Part shown: one piece after another, positions 37,001-47,160 of the stretch | Numbering within the stretch: position 1 is the first letter of the stretch | Layout: every line of letters starts with the position of its first letter | From: Verrucomicrobiota bacterium | Lineage (GTDB): Bacteria; Verrucomicrobiota; Verrucomicrobiia; Opitutales; Seribacteraceae | Assembly (NCBI GenBank): GCA_027622665.1 | Contig: JAQBYT010000010.1 | Location: 32,001 to 96,000, forward strand | Reading direction: 5' to 3' | Length of the DNA: 64,000 bases | Program-made: the position numbers and the translations under genes | Notes under the pieces: generated by a model | Seen by the model: the letters and a program-made list of their open reading frames with translations, nothing else | Database searches by the model: none | What the model was told of the DNA's origin: nothing

Positions 37001-37119
37001 ATGGGGCGAATGTCCCGGTCGAAAGAAACTTCTTTCGCATCAACACAGCAGAAAGTGCCCGAAATGATCACTGTCAGCAGAGAGACAGGATTAATTCCAA
37101 GGTATTTCTGCCTATTCAT
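34066..37119 (-). CDS. Planctomycete cytochrome c + DUF1549 + insert + DUF1553 protein
   Basis: [66 protein letters not shown] overlap with the DUF1501 gene. Confidence 0.9.
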   Translation of the reverse strand: MNRQKYLGINPVSLLTVIISGTFCCVDAKEVSFDRDIRPILSDNCFHCHGPDAKKRKAKLRLDIKEGALADLGGYAAVVPGNPAKSELFARISSNDPEERMPPHDSNRNLSKKKIDLLKEWIAGGAKWKDHWSFEPVDRPTVKDKERHPIDVLVDARLKQDEFKANPSANRETLIRRLKLDLTGLPPTAGQIESFLGDEKPDAWERLVERTLQATAYGERMAWDWLEAARYADTNGYQGDRERTMWPWRDWVVKAFNENLPYDQFTIWQLAGDLLPGATQEQILATGFNRNHMINGEGGRIAEENRVEYVWDMTETMGTLWMGLTLTCARCHDHKFDPLLQSEYYQLNAFFNQTPVNGGGGDPFTKPVLQAGTTVQNEELVQLRKDIDALQKDIESRQKEQGSAKAKWEAKVLKNLPANDWQRLLPQEAKAKKQTLEILESGLIYASGENPEKDEYQVVYLLGAGKITGFRLEAIRHPKMTHGGLARSDSGNFVLTDILFKVRKTPVDQFVPFEVASATVTFEQGLLKVTNVFDDNPTSGWAVWAGKPIERDHAAAFRLKKSIEVVKGAELEVTLKFNSEHKHHNLGHFRFSSTSSSEPSLKSDRDGLISALKTASDKRSPSDQKTVMEAFAAQDGSLFALRQRQRELEAKVKKTQSSFPKVMVMADMAKPRQTFMLDRGLYNQRGKPVSANVPAWLPPLPKTENPNRLDLARWLMDPKHPLTARVTVNRFWQMLFGVGLVKTTENFGVQAEYPRHPELLDWLAAEFMESGWDVKGLIRTIVTSETYRRSSILSSFAEYERDPENRLLARGPRFRMPSWMIRDQALAVSGLLNPQIGGKAVYSYQPTGLWADATFGKKQYREDKGLALYRRSLYTYWRRIIGPAMFFDVAKRQVCEVKPLRTNTPMHALTIMNDVTYVEAGRALADILLRDAMDDETRLRLATKRVLGRNPSAEELTLLKRSLERGIASFTEDPEAARRFLTHGDSKPKSEVSPIIRAAWAALCLNLLNLDETLNKE

Positions 37120-37207
37120 AAATGTAGATCATCATGCAAGGTAATGTCACAAAAACTCTGTTTGCGTACCGTAAGAGTATTAGCATTTGAGGAGAGAACA
37201 GAGGCAT

Positions 37208-38644
37208 TCACCCGATAATATCTTTAACCACGCGTGATTTCTCCACGCCTGTCAGTTTCTGGTCAAGACCTTGAAAGGGGAAGCTCAGCGTGCGGTGGTC
37301 AACTCCGAGGAGGTGGAGCATAGTCGCGTGGAGATCGCGCACGTTCACGGGGTTTTCGACTACGTTGTAACTGAAGTCATCGGTCTTGCCATAATGTATG
37401 CCGCCCTTAATGCCACCTCCGGCGAGCCATCCCGAAAAGCAGCGAGGATGGTGGTCGCGACCATAGTTTTCACGAGTGATATTGCCTTGACCATACACCG
37501 TGCGGCCAAATTCCCCCACAAAAACAACCAACGTGTCGTCGAGAAGCCCACGCAACTTCAGATCCTTGAGCAAGGCGGCGGTGGGCTGATCGACGTCCCT
37601 GCATTGCCCTCTCATGTTATTGGGCAAGCTGGAATGATGATCCCAACCACGATGAAACAGTTGCACGAAACGAACGTCCCTCTCGGCCATTCGTCGAGCG
37701 AGAAGGCAATTTCTGGCATAAGACCCAAGTTTGTTCACCTCCGGGCCGTACATGTCCAGAACCTCCTTCGGTTCCTTGGAAATATCGGTCAACTCGGGCA
37801 CCGACGACTGCATGCGAAAAGCCATCTCCTGCTGTGCGATGGTTGTCTGTATCTCGGGATCTCCGATCTCCGCCAAATGCTTCCGATTCAAGGTGGCAAG
37901 CGAGTCGAGCATGCTCCGGCGCACCTGGCCATCGATACCCTTGGGATTGGAGAGGAACAAGACCGGGTCGCCCACGGTTTGAAAAGAAGTACCTTGATAC
38001 TTGGAAGGCAGGAAACCACTCCCCCACAGCCGGGCATATAGGGCCTGAACATTCACCCGCCCGCTCCAGAAAGCCGAAGGCAAAACCACGAAATCCGGCA
38101 AGTCCTTGTTCAAGGATCCCAAGCCATAGCTCAGCCAAGAGCCCATGCTTGGCTTGCCGGGTGTTTCCGACCCGGTGCAAAAGGAGGTCTTGCCGGGGTC
38201 GTGATTAATGGCGTTGGTGTTGAAGGAATGAACAAGGCAGAGGTCGTCCGCAGACGCAGAGAGGTGGGGAAGCAGTTCGCTCATCCAAACTCCGCTCTTT
38301 CCTTTTTGGGCGAACTTAAAGGTCGATGGAGCAACAAATTGTTGCTTGCCTCGAGTCATCGCGGTCACGCGCTGCCCTTTGCTTATGGATTTGGGCAACT
38401 CGGTTTTGAAGAGCTTGTGGAGATCGGGTTTGTAATCGAACAAGTCTACTTGGCTCGGGGCCCCGGCCATGAACAGGAAGATGATACGTTTCGCCTTGGG
38501 CTTGGTAACTGAACCTGCATTGGCGGCGAACCCCTGCTTGGAGAGCAAGGAAGCCAAGGCGGCTGTCCCCAAGCCCATTCCAGCATTCAGTAAAAAGGAG
38601 CGGCGCGATTGGAGGAGGTCGAAGTCTGTCAAAGGGTCCTTCAT
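37208..38644 (-). CDS. DUF1501 protein (Tat signal)
   Basis: ATG 38644 lies 1 nt after the upstream stop; [42 protein letters not shown]. Confidence 0.9.
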   Translation of the reverse strand: MKDPLTDFDLLQSRRSFLLNAGMGLGTAALASLLSKQGFAANAGSVTKPKAKRIIFLFMAGAPSQVDLFDYKPDLHKLFKTELPKSISKGQRVTAMTRGKQQFVAPSTFKFAQKGKSGVWMSELLPHLSASADDLCLVHSFNTNAINHDPGKTSFCTGSETPGKPSMGSWLSYGLGSLNKDLPDFVVLPSAFWSGRVNVQALYARLWGSGFLPSKYQGTSFQTVGDPVLFLSNPKGIDGQVRRSMLDSLATLNRKHLAEIGDPEIQTTIAQQEMAFRMQSSVPELTDISKEPKEVLDMYGPEVNKLGSYARNCLLARRMAERDVRFVQLFHRGWDHHSSLPNNMRGQCRDVDQPTAALLKDLKLRGLLDDTLVVFVGEFGRTVYGQGNITRENYGRDHHPRCFSGWLAGGGIKGGIHYGKTDDFSYNVVENPVNVRDLHATMLHLLGVDHRTLSFPFQGLDQKLTGVEKSRVVKDIIG

Positions 38645-38645
38645 G

Positions 38646-41084
38646 TTATTCACGGGTCTTGGTGATATCAAGGTTGTAGAGAGCATTGACCAGAACGGTC
38701 CAAGCGGCGAGCTGAGCCTTCTTCTCCGCGTCTCCCACGTTCAATCCCTGGCAAATCGCATCCGCCAACGCCGGTTGCTCGAGATAGTTCTTTTGCAGGT
38801 TTCGCACAAGGTCGTCCAGAACTTGCCGTTCCTTCTCGTCCGGCAACTTGGATGTCACGGTCTCGTATGTGAAAGCCAGTCGCCTTGGTCCATTCGTCGC
38901 CTCTGCCTCCAAGGCCTTTCGAGCTAGCTCTCGAGCCGCCTTGAGGTATTCGCTTTCGTTGAGGAGCAACAAAGCTTGAGCCGGTGTGTTGGTACGTTCG
39001 CGACGGGCGATGCAGGCGTCACGAGTGGGGGCATTGAGGATAGTCATCTGGGGCGGAGGCATACCGCGTTTCCAGTAAGTGTACAGACTGCGGCGATAGA
39101 TGGCGTCCCCTCCATCGGCCTTGAATCTCTCTCCTGTCATTGTGACCGATTTCCAAAGGCCATCCGGTTGAGGTGGCTTGACGCTCTTGCCAAACATCGT
39201 GTTCACGAGCAAACCACTGGTCGAGAGTATCTGGTCGCGAATCATTTCGGCGTCCATCCTGTAGCGGGAACCTCGGGCCAAATTTCGATTTTCAGGATCC
39301 TTCGCGAATTGTTCCGGTTTAGAAACGGAGGATTGGCGATAGGTCCTCGACAGCACGATCTGCTTGATCAACGTCTTCACGTCCCATCCTGATTCAATGA
39401 ACGACACCGTGAGATGATCGAGCAATTCGGGGTGACTGGGGACTTCGCCTTGGGCCCCGATATCCTCGGAAGTCTTCACCAAGCCCGTCCCGAAGAACTG
39501 CTGCCAAAAACGATTCACTACAACCCGTGCAGTAAGCGGATTACTGGGATCGACGAACCAATCGGCAAGATCCATGCGGGTCGCGGTCTCGCCCGCTTTC
39601 TTCAAGGCGGGTAAAAATTCGGGCGTGTTGCGCGTGACTAATTCTCCGGGAGCGTCGTATTGGCCCCTTATCCTGATATGGGTGGGGCGCACCTCCATTC
39701 GTTCTTTCATGACCATCACCCGAGGAATTTCACGATCGAGCCGATCACGATTTCCCTTCAAGGCATTGTACTTGCCGGTCAAGGATCCGAGTTCTTGCGA
39801 AAGGACTTTCTTTTTATTGGCCTCTTTCTCTCCAGCTATTTTCTTCTCAAGCTCTTTTACCTCATTGTCGCTCTCTGCGAGCTGCTTGCTGAACTGCTCC
39901 AAGTTCTTGTGCTGCTCAGGTGTTCCCAAGGGCAAAAAGGGAGGCTGAAGGCCATTCTTGGGCCGACCGCCGGTTTCAGGGGCAGCGTCGATGTTATTGA
40001 AGAAAGCGAACAAGGAGTAGAAATCTTTCTGGGTGAGTGGATCATATTTATGGTCGTGGCAGGTAGCGCAATGCACGGTCATCCCCATGAAAGTGGTACC
40101 AACGGCCGTGACCCGGTCGACCACGTTCTTGAAGAAGCTCTCCTCGGGCAATGCTGTGCCACGGTCAATGATGAGGTGCAGTCGATTGAAAGCCGAGGCT
40201 ACCAGTTGATCGCTTGTCGCATTGGAGAACAAGTCACCAGCCAACTGATAGCGAACGAAGTCGTCATAGCCCAAATTGTCGTTAAATGCCCGGATCACCC
40301 AATCGCGATAGGCAATGAAATTACGGTAAAAGTCCTTGTGCATGCCATTGGTATCGGCAAAGCGGACTAGGTCCAACCAGTATCGGGCGACATGCTCCCC
40401 ATATTGCTTTTTGCCCAACAAACGATCGACGAGAGCTTCGTAAGCCTCAGAACGATCATCCGACAAAAACGCCTTTATCTCATCTCGGGTGGGTGGCAAC
40501 CCGGTCAAGTCGAGGCTGACCCTTCGTATCAAGGTTCGTTTGTCCGCTTCTGTGGAAGGATGAAGGTTCAGGGCTTCGAGCTTAGCCAAAACAAGCCGAT
40601 CGATCGGAAGGTTGCTCCAGTTGTTGTCTTTGAGTTTGGGAGCATCCGGTTTCTTGGCGGGAACAAATGCCCAGAACCGCTCATAAGGGGCACCCGTTTC
40701 GATCCATCTCTTGACGATTGCTTGCTCCTCTTTGGAGAGCGGTTTCTTGTGTGCCTTAGGAGGAGGCATCACCTCATCGGCGTCATCGGTGGTGATTCGA
40801 TACCAAAGTTCGCTGTCCTTGATCGAGCCGGGATTGATCGCCGTCGTACCTTCGTGGGTGCGATAGGCACCGTCCTCGCCATCCGCCCGGTCCAACCGAA
40901 GCTTCGACTTGCGTTCATGAGCATCCGGCCCATGACACGCGAAACATCGGTCGGAGAGAATAGGAAAGACATCCCGATTGAAAGACACCTCCTTGGCTTC
41001 GGCAGTAATGGCATGGCTAAGTAGACACACCAACGAACAAGAAATCATTACGAGTCGAAATCTAGCTGACATCGGATAAATCAT
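38646..41084 (-). CDS. Planctomycete cytochrome c + DUF1549 + DUF1553 protein (no central insert)
   Basis: [45 protein letters not shown]. Start may be 41072. Confidence 0.9.
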   Translation of the reverse strand: MIYPMSARFRLVMISCSLVCLLSHAITAEAKEVSFNRDVFPILSDRCFACHGPDAHERKSKLRLDRADGEDGAYRTHEGTTAINPGSIKDSELWYRITTDDADEVMPPPKAHKKPLSKEEQAIVKRWIETGAPYERFWAFVPAKKPDAPKLKDNNWSNLPIDRLVLAKLEALNLHPSTEADKRTLIRRVSLDLTGLPPTRDEIKAFLSDDRSEAYEALVDRLLGKKQYGEHVARYWLDLVRFADTNGMHKDFYRNFIAYRDWVIRAFNDNLGYDDFVRYQLAGDLFSNATSDQLVASAFNRLHLIIDRGTALPEESFFKNVVDRVTAVGTTFMGMTVHCATCHDHKYDPLTQKDFYSLFAFFNNIDAAPETGGRPKNGLQPPFLPLGTPEQHKNLEQFSKQLAESDNEVKELEKKIAGEKEANKKKVLSQELGSLTGKYNALKGNRDRLDREIPRVMVMKERMEVRPTHIRIRGQYDAPGELVTRNTPEFLPALKKAGETATRMDLADWFVDPSNPLTARVVVNRFWQQFFGTGLVKTSEDIGAQGEVPSHPELLDHLTVSFIESGWDVKTLIKQIVLSRTYRQSSVSKPEQFAKDPENRNLARGSRYRMDAEMIRDQILSTSGLLVNTMFGKSVKPPQPDGLWKSVTMTGERFKADGGDAIYRRSLYTYWKRGMPPPQMTILNAPTRDACIARRERTNTPAQALLLLNESEYLKAARELARKALEAEATNGPRRLAFTYETVTSKLPDEKERQVLDDLVRNLQKNYLEQPALADAICQGLNVGDAEKKAQLAAWTVLVNALYNLDITKTRE

Positions 41085-41214
41085 CTGGACAAAACGTTAA
41101 GGGTTAGGCCTCTCAATGGTCAAGAGATGAAACAATCTATACACTAAATCTCTAAAGGGTGATTGACGCTAAAATAGCTTTCTCGAACCACCGCTCTTAG
41201 CATATGGATTCGAC

Positions 41215-42627
41215 TTAGGCGATCAGTTGCTCGACTGCGTGGTGCTCCTCGACCCCGGTGAGGCGGAAGTCCAAGCCTTGGAAACGGAAGGACAATCGAG
41301 AATGATCAATTCCGAGAAGTTGTAGGATGGTGGCTTGCAGGTCGTGGACATGCACCGGGTCCTCGCTGACGTGGAACCCGAGTTCATCGGTCTGACCGAG
41401 GGTGATGCCGGGTTTGACCCCTCCGCCGGCCATCCACATGGTAAAGGCTTGTGGGTGATGGTCTCGTCCGCCGCTGCGCTTAAGTGCAGCGCTGGCCTCA
41501 ACCATCGGGGTACGGCCGAATTCTCCTCCCCAGACGACAAGGGTATCTTCGAGCATGCCCCGTTGCTTGAGGTCCTGCACGAGGGCGGCGCTGGCCTGGT
41601 CTATCGCCTTGGCGTTGTTCTTGACGTTTCCCTCGACGTTGGAGTGCGCATCCCAACCCCCGTGGTAAAGCTGGATAAAACGAGTTCCGCGTTCGGCCAA
41701 CCGGCGAGCCAGCAGGCAGTTGCTGGCGAAGTCGGACTTGCCTTCCTTGACTCCGTATAGTTCGAGGGTCTCCTTGCTTTCCTTGGAGAAGTCCATCAAT
41801 TCGGGGGCCCGTGCCTGCATCCGGTAGGCCATCTCGTAGGCATCGATGCGGGCGGTGATTTCTGGGTCACGCAACCTTTGATGAGTCCCGCGATTGAGCT
41901 TGTTCAGCAGGTCGAGGGTCTGGCGCTGGGCGGTTCGGTCGATCCCCTTCGGGTTGGAGACGTGAAGGATTGGGTCAGAGCCTTCTCGAAAGGGAACTCC
42001 CTGATGCTCGGAGGGCAGGAAGCCGGATCCCCACATTGCGGATCCTCCGCTTAGGTTTCCTCCGCTTCTCATGACAACGAAGCCGGGAAGGTCATCCGAC
42101 TCGCTCCCTATTCCGTAGCTAAGCCAGGAACCCATGCTTGCCCGCCCGGGGATTCCACTGCCCGTAGTCATGAACAGTTGGGCCGGGGCATGATTAAAGT
42201 GGTCGGTATGCATCGATTTGACGAAGGTCAAGTCATCCGCGACCTTGCTCAGGTAGGGCAACCGGTCCGAGAGTTCGGCCCCGGAATCTCCGTGCTTGGC
42301 AAAGGGAAAGCGTGGACCGAGAACGGCGGCGTCCGGCTGGATGAAGGCGTAGCGTTGACCCTTGATCACGGAGGGAGGAATGGGTTTGCCCTCCATTTCC
42401 TTGAGCTTGGGTTTGTTGTCGAAGAGCTCGAGTTGGCTGGGAGCGCCGGCCATAAAGAGATAGATCACCCGCTTGGCCTTGATCGGGAAGCGCATGAAGT
42501 CGGGCTTGCCGGTTGCTCCGAAGGATTCCTTGGCGAGCAGTGAGGCGAGGGCGATCTTGCCGACGCCAATTCCGCAATCCTGAAAAAAGTGACGGCGCGT
42601 GCGATGGAGGAGAGGAGGAACGTTCAT
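41215..42627 (-). CDS. DUF1501 protein (Tat signal)
   Basis: RTRRHFF, GAPSQLELFD.KP, NHAPA, GWDAH, GEFGRTP, GRDHHP. Confidence 0.9.
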   Translation of the reverse strand: MNVPPLLHRTRRHFFQDCGIGVGKIALASLLAKESFGATGKPDFMRFPIKAKRVIYLFMAGAPSQLELFDNKPKLKEMEGKPIPPSVIKGQRYAFIQPDAAVLGPRFPFAKHGDSGAELSDRLPYLSKVADDLTFVKSMHTDHFNHAPAQLFMTTGSGIPGRASMGSWLSYGIGSESDDLPGFVVMRSGGNLSGGSAMWGSGFLPSEHQGVPFREGSDPILHVSNPKGIDRTAQRQTLDLLNKLNRGTHQRLRDPEITARIDAYEMAYRMQARAPELMDFSKESKETLELYGVKEGKSDFASNCLLARRLAERGTRFIQLYHGGWDAHSNVEGNVKNNAKAIDQASAALVQDLKQRGMLEDTLVVWGGEFGRTPMVEASAALKRSGGRDHHPQAFTMWMAGGGVKPGITLGQTDELGFHVSEDPVHVHDLQATILQLLGIDHSRLSFRFQGLDFRLTGVEEHHAVEQLIA

Positions 42628-45566
42628 GGCTTGGTGATGGCTTCGTCTAGGTTCATGATGGCTCGGGCAAGGAGAACTTTTCCAGCAAGTTCGGGAGTTG
42701 CTTTCTTGTCGTCGGCAATTTCACCGGGTTTGAGCTCCCCTTTGGTCAGGCGTTCGATTTGTTGGTCCAAGTAAGCTTGGAGAGCTTTGGTTTCTTCCCG
42801 GTTCGGGGCACGGGTAAGAAAACGGCGGAAGAGAGTGAGGACGGGATCCTTCTTTTGCAGGTGAACCTCTGTCCCGGCGGCACGGGCAAGCTCTAGGAAC
42901 ATCTCGTCGTTCAGTAGGGTCAGAGCTTGAAGGGGGGTATTGCTGCGGTCCCGCCTGGCGAGGCAGTTCTCGCCCGAGGTCCCGTCGAAGGTCATGTATC
43001 CGGCGAAGGGAGCGGTGCGCTTGACGAATGTGTAGATGGATCGTCGGTATCGATCCTCTCCTATGGAAACCTTCCAACTTTTGCCTCCGAAGGCATGGGC
43101 GAGCACACTAATGGGTTGCGGAGGATAGACGCCAGGTCCAAACATCTTGGAAGAAAGCTTTCCACTGGCGGCGAGCATGTGGTCACGAATCAACTCGCCT
43201 GACAAGCGAAAGCGGGGTCCTCGGGCAAGGAGGCGATTCCGGGGATCAAGTTCCAATAAACCCTCTGTCATCTCGGAACTTTGCCGGTAGGTCGAGCTGG
43301 TCACGATCAGGCGATGAAGTTTTTTTAGGGACATCCCTCGCCTGCGAAATTCCACCGCTAACCAATCGAGAAGCTCAGGGTGATCGGGGGCGGATGCTTG
43401 GGTGCCGAAATCTCCGCTCGTTCGGATCAATCCTTGCCCGAAGAAGGAGCGCCAGGCCCTGTTTGCGGTCACCCGATCGCCGAGGGGATTGCTTTCACTC
43501 ACGAGCCAACGGGCGAGCTCCAAGCGGTTGACCGGGTCCTTTGGGCCGTTCTGTGCAAATACCGCGGGTATGCTTGGGCTTACCTGATGCTTCGGACTTA
43601 TGTATTCTCCGCGATGACGAAGATAAATGGGGCGTGGGTTATCCACCGGTCTTTCTTGCATCACGAGGGTATTTCCGAGACGGGGAATTCTCCTCTTCAA
43701 ATCTTCGAGGGGCTTTCGTTGCTTTTGCCACCGCGGATCTTGCTCGAGAAAAACCTTTCGCAAATGGGCAAGCTCCCCCACAGTGATATTCGAGTCTTGA
43801 GTAAGGATGGCTTCGATATCTGTTCCGTGTTTCTTAGCCTTGGGTTGTTTGGCGTCGGAAGTGGCGGAGAGGCGAAAGCGACCGAGACTGACCACGAAGT
43901 GTCGCTCAAAGAGCATCTCGATGGAAAACGGGATGTTTGCCGGGATGGGTTTTTCGAGGGGGAGAACGAGATGATTCGGTTTGCCGGTCTGTCCGGCAGT
44001 AGACCATCCCGAAGACCCGTCCCTGTCGGTAACATTCTTAGCATCCGCCGAACCGCCTCCAATGCTGATCTTGCCATAAGTGTGCGACGGGGCGTTGATC
44101 TTATGCTTGAAACCTTTGGACCTGACGGTGAATTCGCTAAGAAAGAAATCCCCGTTCCGCCCCTCGTAGTAGCATCTTCCCGGGCCACGCTGGGGTAGGC
44201 GATCGTCGGGCAAGACCTCCAAGCGCAAGGCGGAAATCGCGTGGTTACTGGTGAAATTCAAGTCAAAGACATCTCGTTTGGTAACATCGCCGGATGAGAA
44301 AATCGAACCATCCTTCATCACCTCAAGTTTGGGCAGGTTTGTCTTCATCGCGGTCGGGCGGATCGTAGTCCAGTGCGTGGCGTTCTTTGACGCTTCCTTC
44401 ATCCAAACCTGAAAGGCTTCCTCGAATCCTTCGATCTCTTTTAGCAAGGCAACCGTCTTGGCCTCTATTTGCTTTTGAACTTCTACCTTTTGCTTGGCTT
44501 GCTGTTCGGTATCCAAGAAAAGATCGGGTTCCTCGACATTGTCAAGCAGGGCCATAAGACCGTAGTACTCGTCGTGGGTGATCGGGTCGTACTTGTGGGT
44601 GTGGCACTGGGCGCATCCGGTGGTCAGTCCCATCCACACCGTACCGGTGGTGGCTACCCGATCGACCGCGGCGTAGAAGCGAAACTCAAGAGGATCGATC
44701 CCCCCTTCCTCGTTCAGCTGCGTGTTTCGATGAAATCCGGTGGCAATCTTTTGTTCCTGACTGGCGTTGGGCAACATATCCCCGGCCAACTGCTCGATGG
44801 TGAACTGATCATAGGGCATATCCGCGTTGAGGGATCGGATGACCCAGTCCCGATATGGCCAAATGTTTCGAGGACGATCCTTTTCATAGCCGTTGGTATC
44901 GGCGTAGCGCGCGAGGTCGAGCCACTCACGACCCCATTTTTCCCCATAATGCGGAGAGGCGAGCAACTCGTCGACCAATTGGTCGCAGGCATCGGGTCGC
45001 TTGTCTTGAACGAAGGCATCCGCCTGTTCCGGAGTGGGGGGCAGTCCGATCAAGTCGAGGTAGAGCCGTCGCACCAATGCGTAGTGGTCGGCTGCCTTGG
45101 AGGGAGATAGATTCTTTTGCTCGAGCTTAGCTAGAACGAAGGTGTCGATCGGGTTGCGTCCCCATTTTGATTTCGTTTGTGGAACCTCGGAGGAAACAGG
45201 CGGCACGAAAGCCCAGTGCTTGTCGTACTTGGCACCCTCCGCGATCCATTGGTCGAGCAAATCCTTTTCCTTTTCCGTCAAGGTCGCCTTGGATTCCGGT
45301 GGGGGCATGATTTCCTCGGGATCGTCGGATCGGATGCGGTAGTGAAATTCACTGTCCTCGATTTCACCCGGAACGATGACCTCTTTCTTCAAGGCATCTC
45401 CCCTAAGATCCAACCGCAACTTGGCTTTGCGCCCTCCCTCGTCCGGACCGTGGCAGGCGTAGCACTTGCTAGCCAACAAAGGACGAATGTCCCTATTGAA
45501 ATCCACCGCGAACAAGGGGAGGGTGTGGCAAAGGAACAGAGCGAGAATGCAGGACTGGAATTTCAT
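42624..45566 (-). CDS. Planctomycete cytochrome c + DUF1549 + insert + DUF1553 protein
   Basis: ATG 45566 gives a signal peptide; CYACH, RYADTNG, CAQCHTHKYDP, PELLDWLA, RRSIY, SNTPLQAL; ATGA overlap with the DUF1501 gene. Confidence 0.9.
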   Translation of the reverse strand: MKFQSCILALFLCHTLPLFAVDFNRDIRPLLASKCYACHGPDEGGRKAKLRLDLRGDALKKEVIVPGEIEDSEFHYRIRSDDPEEIMPPPESKATLTEKEKDLLDQWIAEGAKYDKHWAFVPPVSSEVPQTKSKWGRNPIDTFVLAKLEQKNLSPSKAADHYALVRRLYLDLIGLPPTPEQADAFVQDKRPDACDQLVDELLASPHYGEKWGREWLDLARYADTNGYEKDRPRNIWPYRDWVIRSLNADMPYDQFTIEQLAGDMLPNASQEQKIATGFHRNTQLNEEGGIDPLEFRFYAAVDRVATTGTVWMGLTTGCAQCHTHKYDPITHDEYYGLMALLDNVEEPDLFLDTEQQAKQKVEVQKQIEAKTVALLKEIEGFEEAFQVWMKEASKNATHWTTIRPTAMKTNLPKLEVMKDGSIFSSGDVTKRDVFDLNFTSNHAISALRLEVLPDDRLPQRGPGRCYYEGRNGDFFLSEFTVRSKGFKHKINAPSHTYGKISIGGGSADAKNVTDRDGSSGWSTAGQTGKPNHLVLPLEKPIPANIPFSIEMLFERHFVVSLGRFRLSATSDAKQPKAKKHGTDIEAILTQDSNITVGELAHLRKVFLEQDPRWQKQRKPLEDLKRRIPRLGNTLVMQERPVDNPRPIYLRHRGEYISPKHQVSPSIPAVFAQNGPKDPVNRLELARWLVSESNPLGDRVTANRAWRSFFGQGLIRTSGDFGTQASAPDHPELLDWLAVEFRRRGMSLKKLHRLIVTSSTYRQSSEMTEGLLELDPRNRLLARGPRFRLSGELIRDHMLAASGKLSSKMFGPGVYPPQPISVLAHAFGGKSWKVSIGEDRYRRSIYTFVKRTAPFAGYMTFDGTSGENCLARRDRSNTPLQALTLLNDEMFLELARAAGTEVHLQKKDPVLTLFRRFLTRAPNREETKALQAYLDQQIERLTKGELKPGEIADDKKATPELAGKVLLARAIMNLDEAITKP

Positions 45567-45809
45567 TATAAGGTATATGCCATTACGATCCCAAATCTTA
45601 TGCGACCAAGAAACAATACCACAAGGACGAACCTTAAGACGGCAAATCGCCGGTGTCTGGATTGTAAATTCATACAATGAAAATCACCATGCCAAAAATT
45701 CAATTTCCGATAAGGATCATCGATTGAGTCAAGTTCTAGTTAGGCAACAATAGAAAATCCCTTAGATTATATATTGCTAACTGAAGGGGAATCCCGTCGG
45801 ATAGGATGA

Positions 45810-47153
45810 GTGAAAAAGAAATTTAGCCAAAACCCTTCTCGTCGTAATTTTCTTAATGCCATGGGCGGAACCGCCCTAGCCTTTCCTTTTGTGGTTACGG
45901 CCAAAAACACAACAAAGGTTCGGATCGCAGCCGTTGGGTGCGGAGGCAAAGGATGGACGGACTTGAATGGAGCAGCCAGACACGCTGAACTCATCGCCTA
46001 TTGCGACGTAAACGTGGCTGCGAACCGCAAGGGCGGTTATAATTTGGTCAAGGAGAAGTGGCCACAGGCTAAAGGTTATTCGGATTGGCGGGAAATGTTC
46101 GAGAAAGAGGAAAAAAACTTTGATGCGGTGACAGTGAGTACACCTGACCATATGCATGCTCCCGTCACAATGAACGCTCTTCAATTGGGCAAAGGGACTT
46201 ACACCCAAAAGCCAATGACTCGCACCATTCAGGAAGCCCGAGCGATTACCGAAGCAGCGGCTAAGGCGGGTGTACCGACTCAGATGGGTAACCAACATCA
46301 CAGCGGGCTCGGTTACCGCACGCTATTCGAAATGGTGCGCGGAGGGGCAATCGGCAAGGTTGTCTCGGCTCACGCATGGTCCAACAGGCCGGTCTGGCCG
46401 CAAGGCATTGATCGACCGTCCGGTTCGGATCCAATTCCGGCAGGTTTCGATTGGGACAAATGGCTTGGAGTTGCCCCGGAACGCCCCTTCAAGCTAGACA
46501 CCTATCACCCCTTCAAGTGGCGCGGTTGGTTCGACTTCGGAGCAGGAGCCTTGGGCGACATGGGTTGTCACATCATCGACCCCGTGGTCTGGATACTGGG
46601 ACTGGGTCCTGCAAAATCCGTTGCCTACGAAGGACCATCGCCCAAACCCGAAACTTTCCCGACCGCCGAAGTTCTCACATACCGTTTCGCAGGCACAGAG
46701 TTCACTTCCGGCGACGAGCTAATCATGAAATGGTATGACGGCGGCCAACGCCCGACCAAGAAAGGCACGCACTTGCCCATGGACGCCGAAGTACCTAGCC
46801 AAGGAGCAATGTTCATAGGAGAAGAAGGGACTGCTCTTTGCCCGCATGGCGGGATGCCTCGACTGTGGCCGACGGAAAAGTTTTCTAAGCTTGCGCGGCC
46901 CAAGGTAGAACGACTCGATCACTACAAAGTCTGGTTGGATGCCTTCCGAACGGGAGAAAACCCAAACAGCTATTTCGGATACGCAGGTCCACTGACCGAA
47001 ACCGTTTTAATGGGAGTAGTTGCCGCACGCATCGGAAGCAAAAAGAAGCTCATCTGGGACGCAAAAAAACTACGTTTCACGAACTCGGAACAAGCCAACT
47101 CGTTCGTTCGTCCAAAATACCGTAATGGCTGGGAAATCGAAGGACTAGGCTAA
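45810..47153 (+). CDS. Tat-exported Gfo/Idh/MocA oxidoreductase
   Basis: PSRRNFL, VGCGGKG, VSTPDHMH, TQKPM, TQMGNQ, WRGWFDFG.GALGDMGCH. Confidence 0.9.
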   Translation: MKKKFSQNPSRRNFLNAMGGTALAFPFVVTAKNTTKVRIAAVGCGGKGWTDLNGAARHAELIAYCDVNVAANRKGGYNLVKEKWPQAKGYSDWREMFEKEEKNFDAVTVSTPDHMHAPVTMNALQLGKGTYTQKPMTRTIQEARAITEAAAKAGVPTQMGNQHHSGLGYRTLFEMVRGGAIGKVVSAHAWSNRPVWPQGIDRPSGSDPIPAGFDWDKWLGVAPERPFKLDTYHPFKWRGWFDFGAGALGDMGCHIIDPVVWILGLGPAKSVAYEGPSPKPETFPTAEVLTYRFAGTEFTSGDELIMKWYDGGQRPTKKGTHLPMDAEVPSQGAMFIGEEGTALCPHGGMPRLWPTEKFSKLARPKVERLDHYKVWLDAFRTGENPNSYFGYAGPLTETVLMGVVAARIGSKKKLIWDAKKLRFTNSEQANSFVRPKYRNGWEIEGLG

Positions 47154-47160
47154 GAGCAAA

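Noticed and set aside
35749..37218. 489-aa + strand ORF and similar long antisense ORFs over the PSD1/DUF1501 genes
   Set aside because: Shadow frames of well-supported minus-strand genes; no recognisable motifs.
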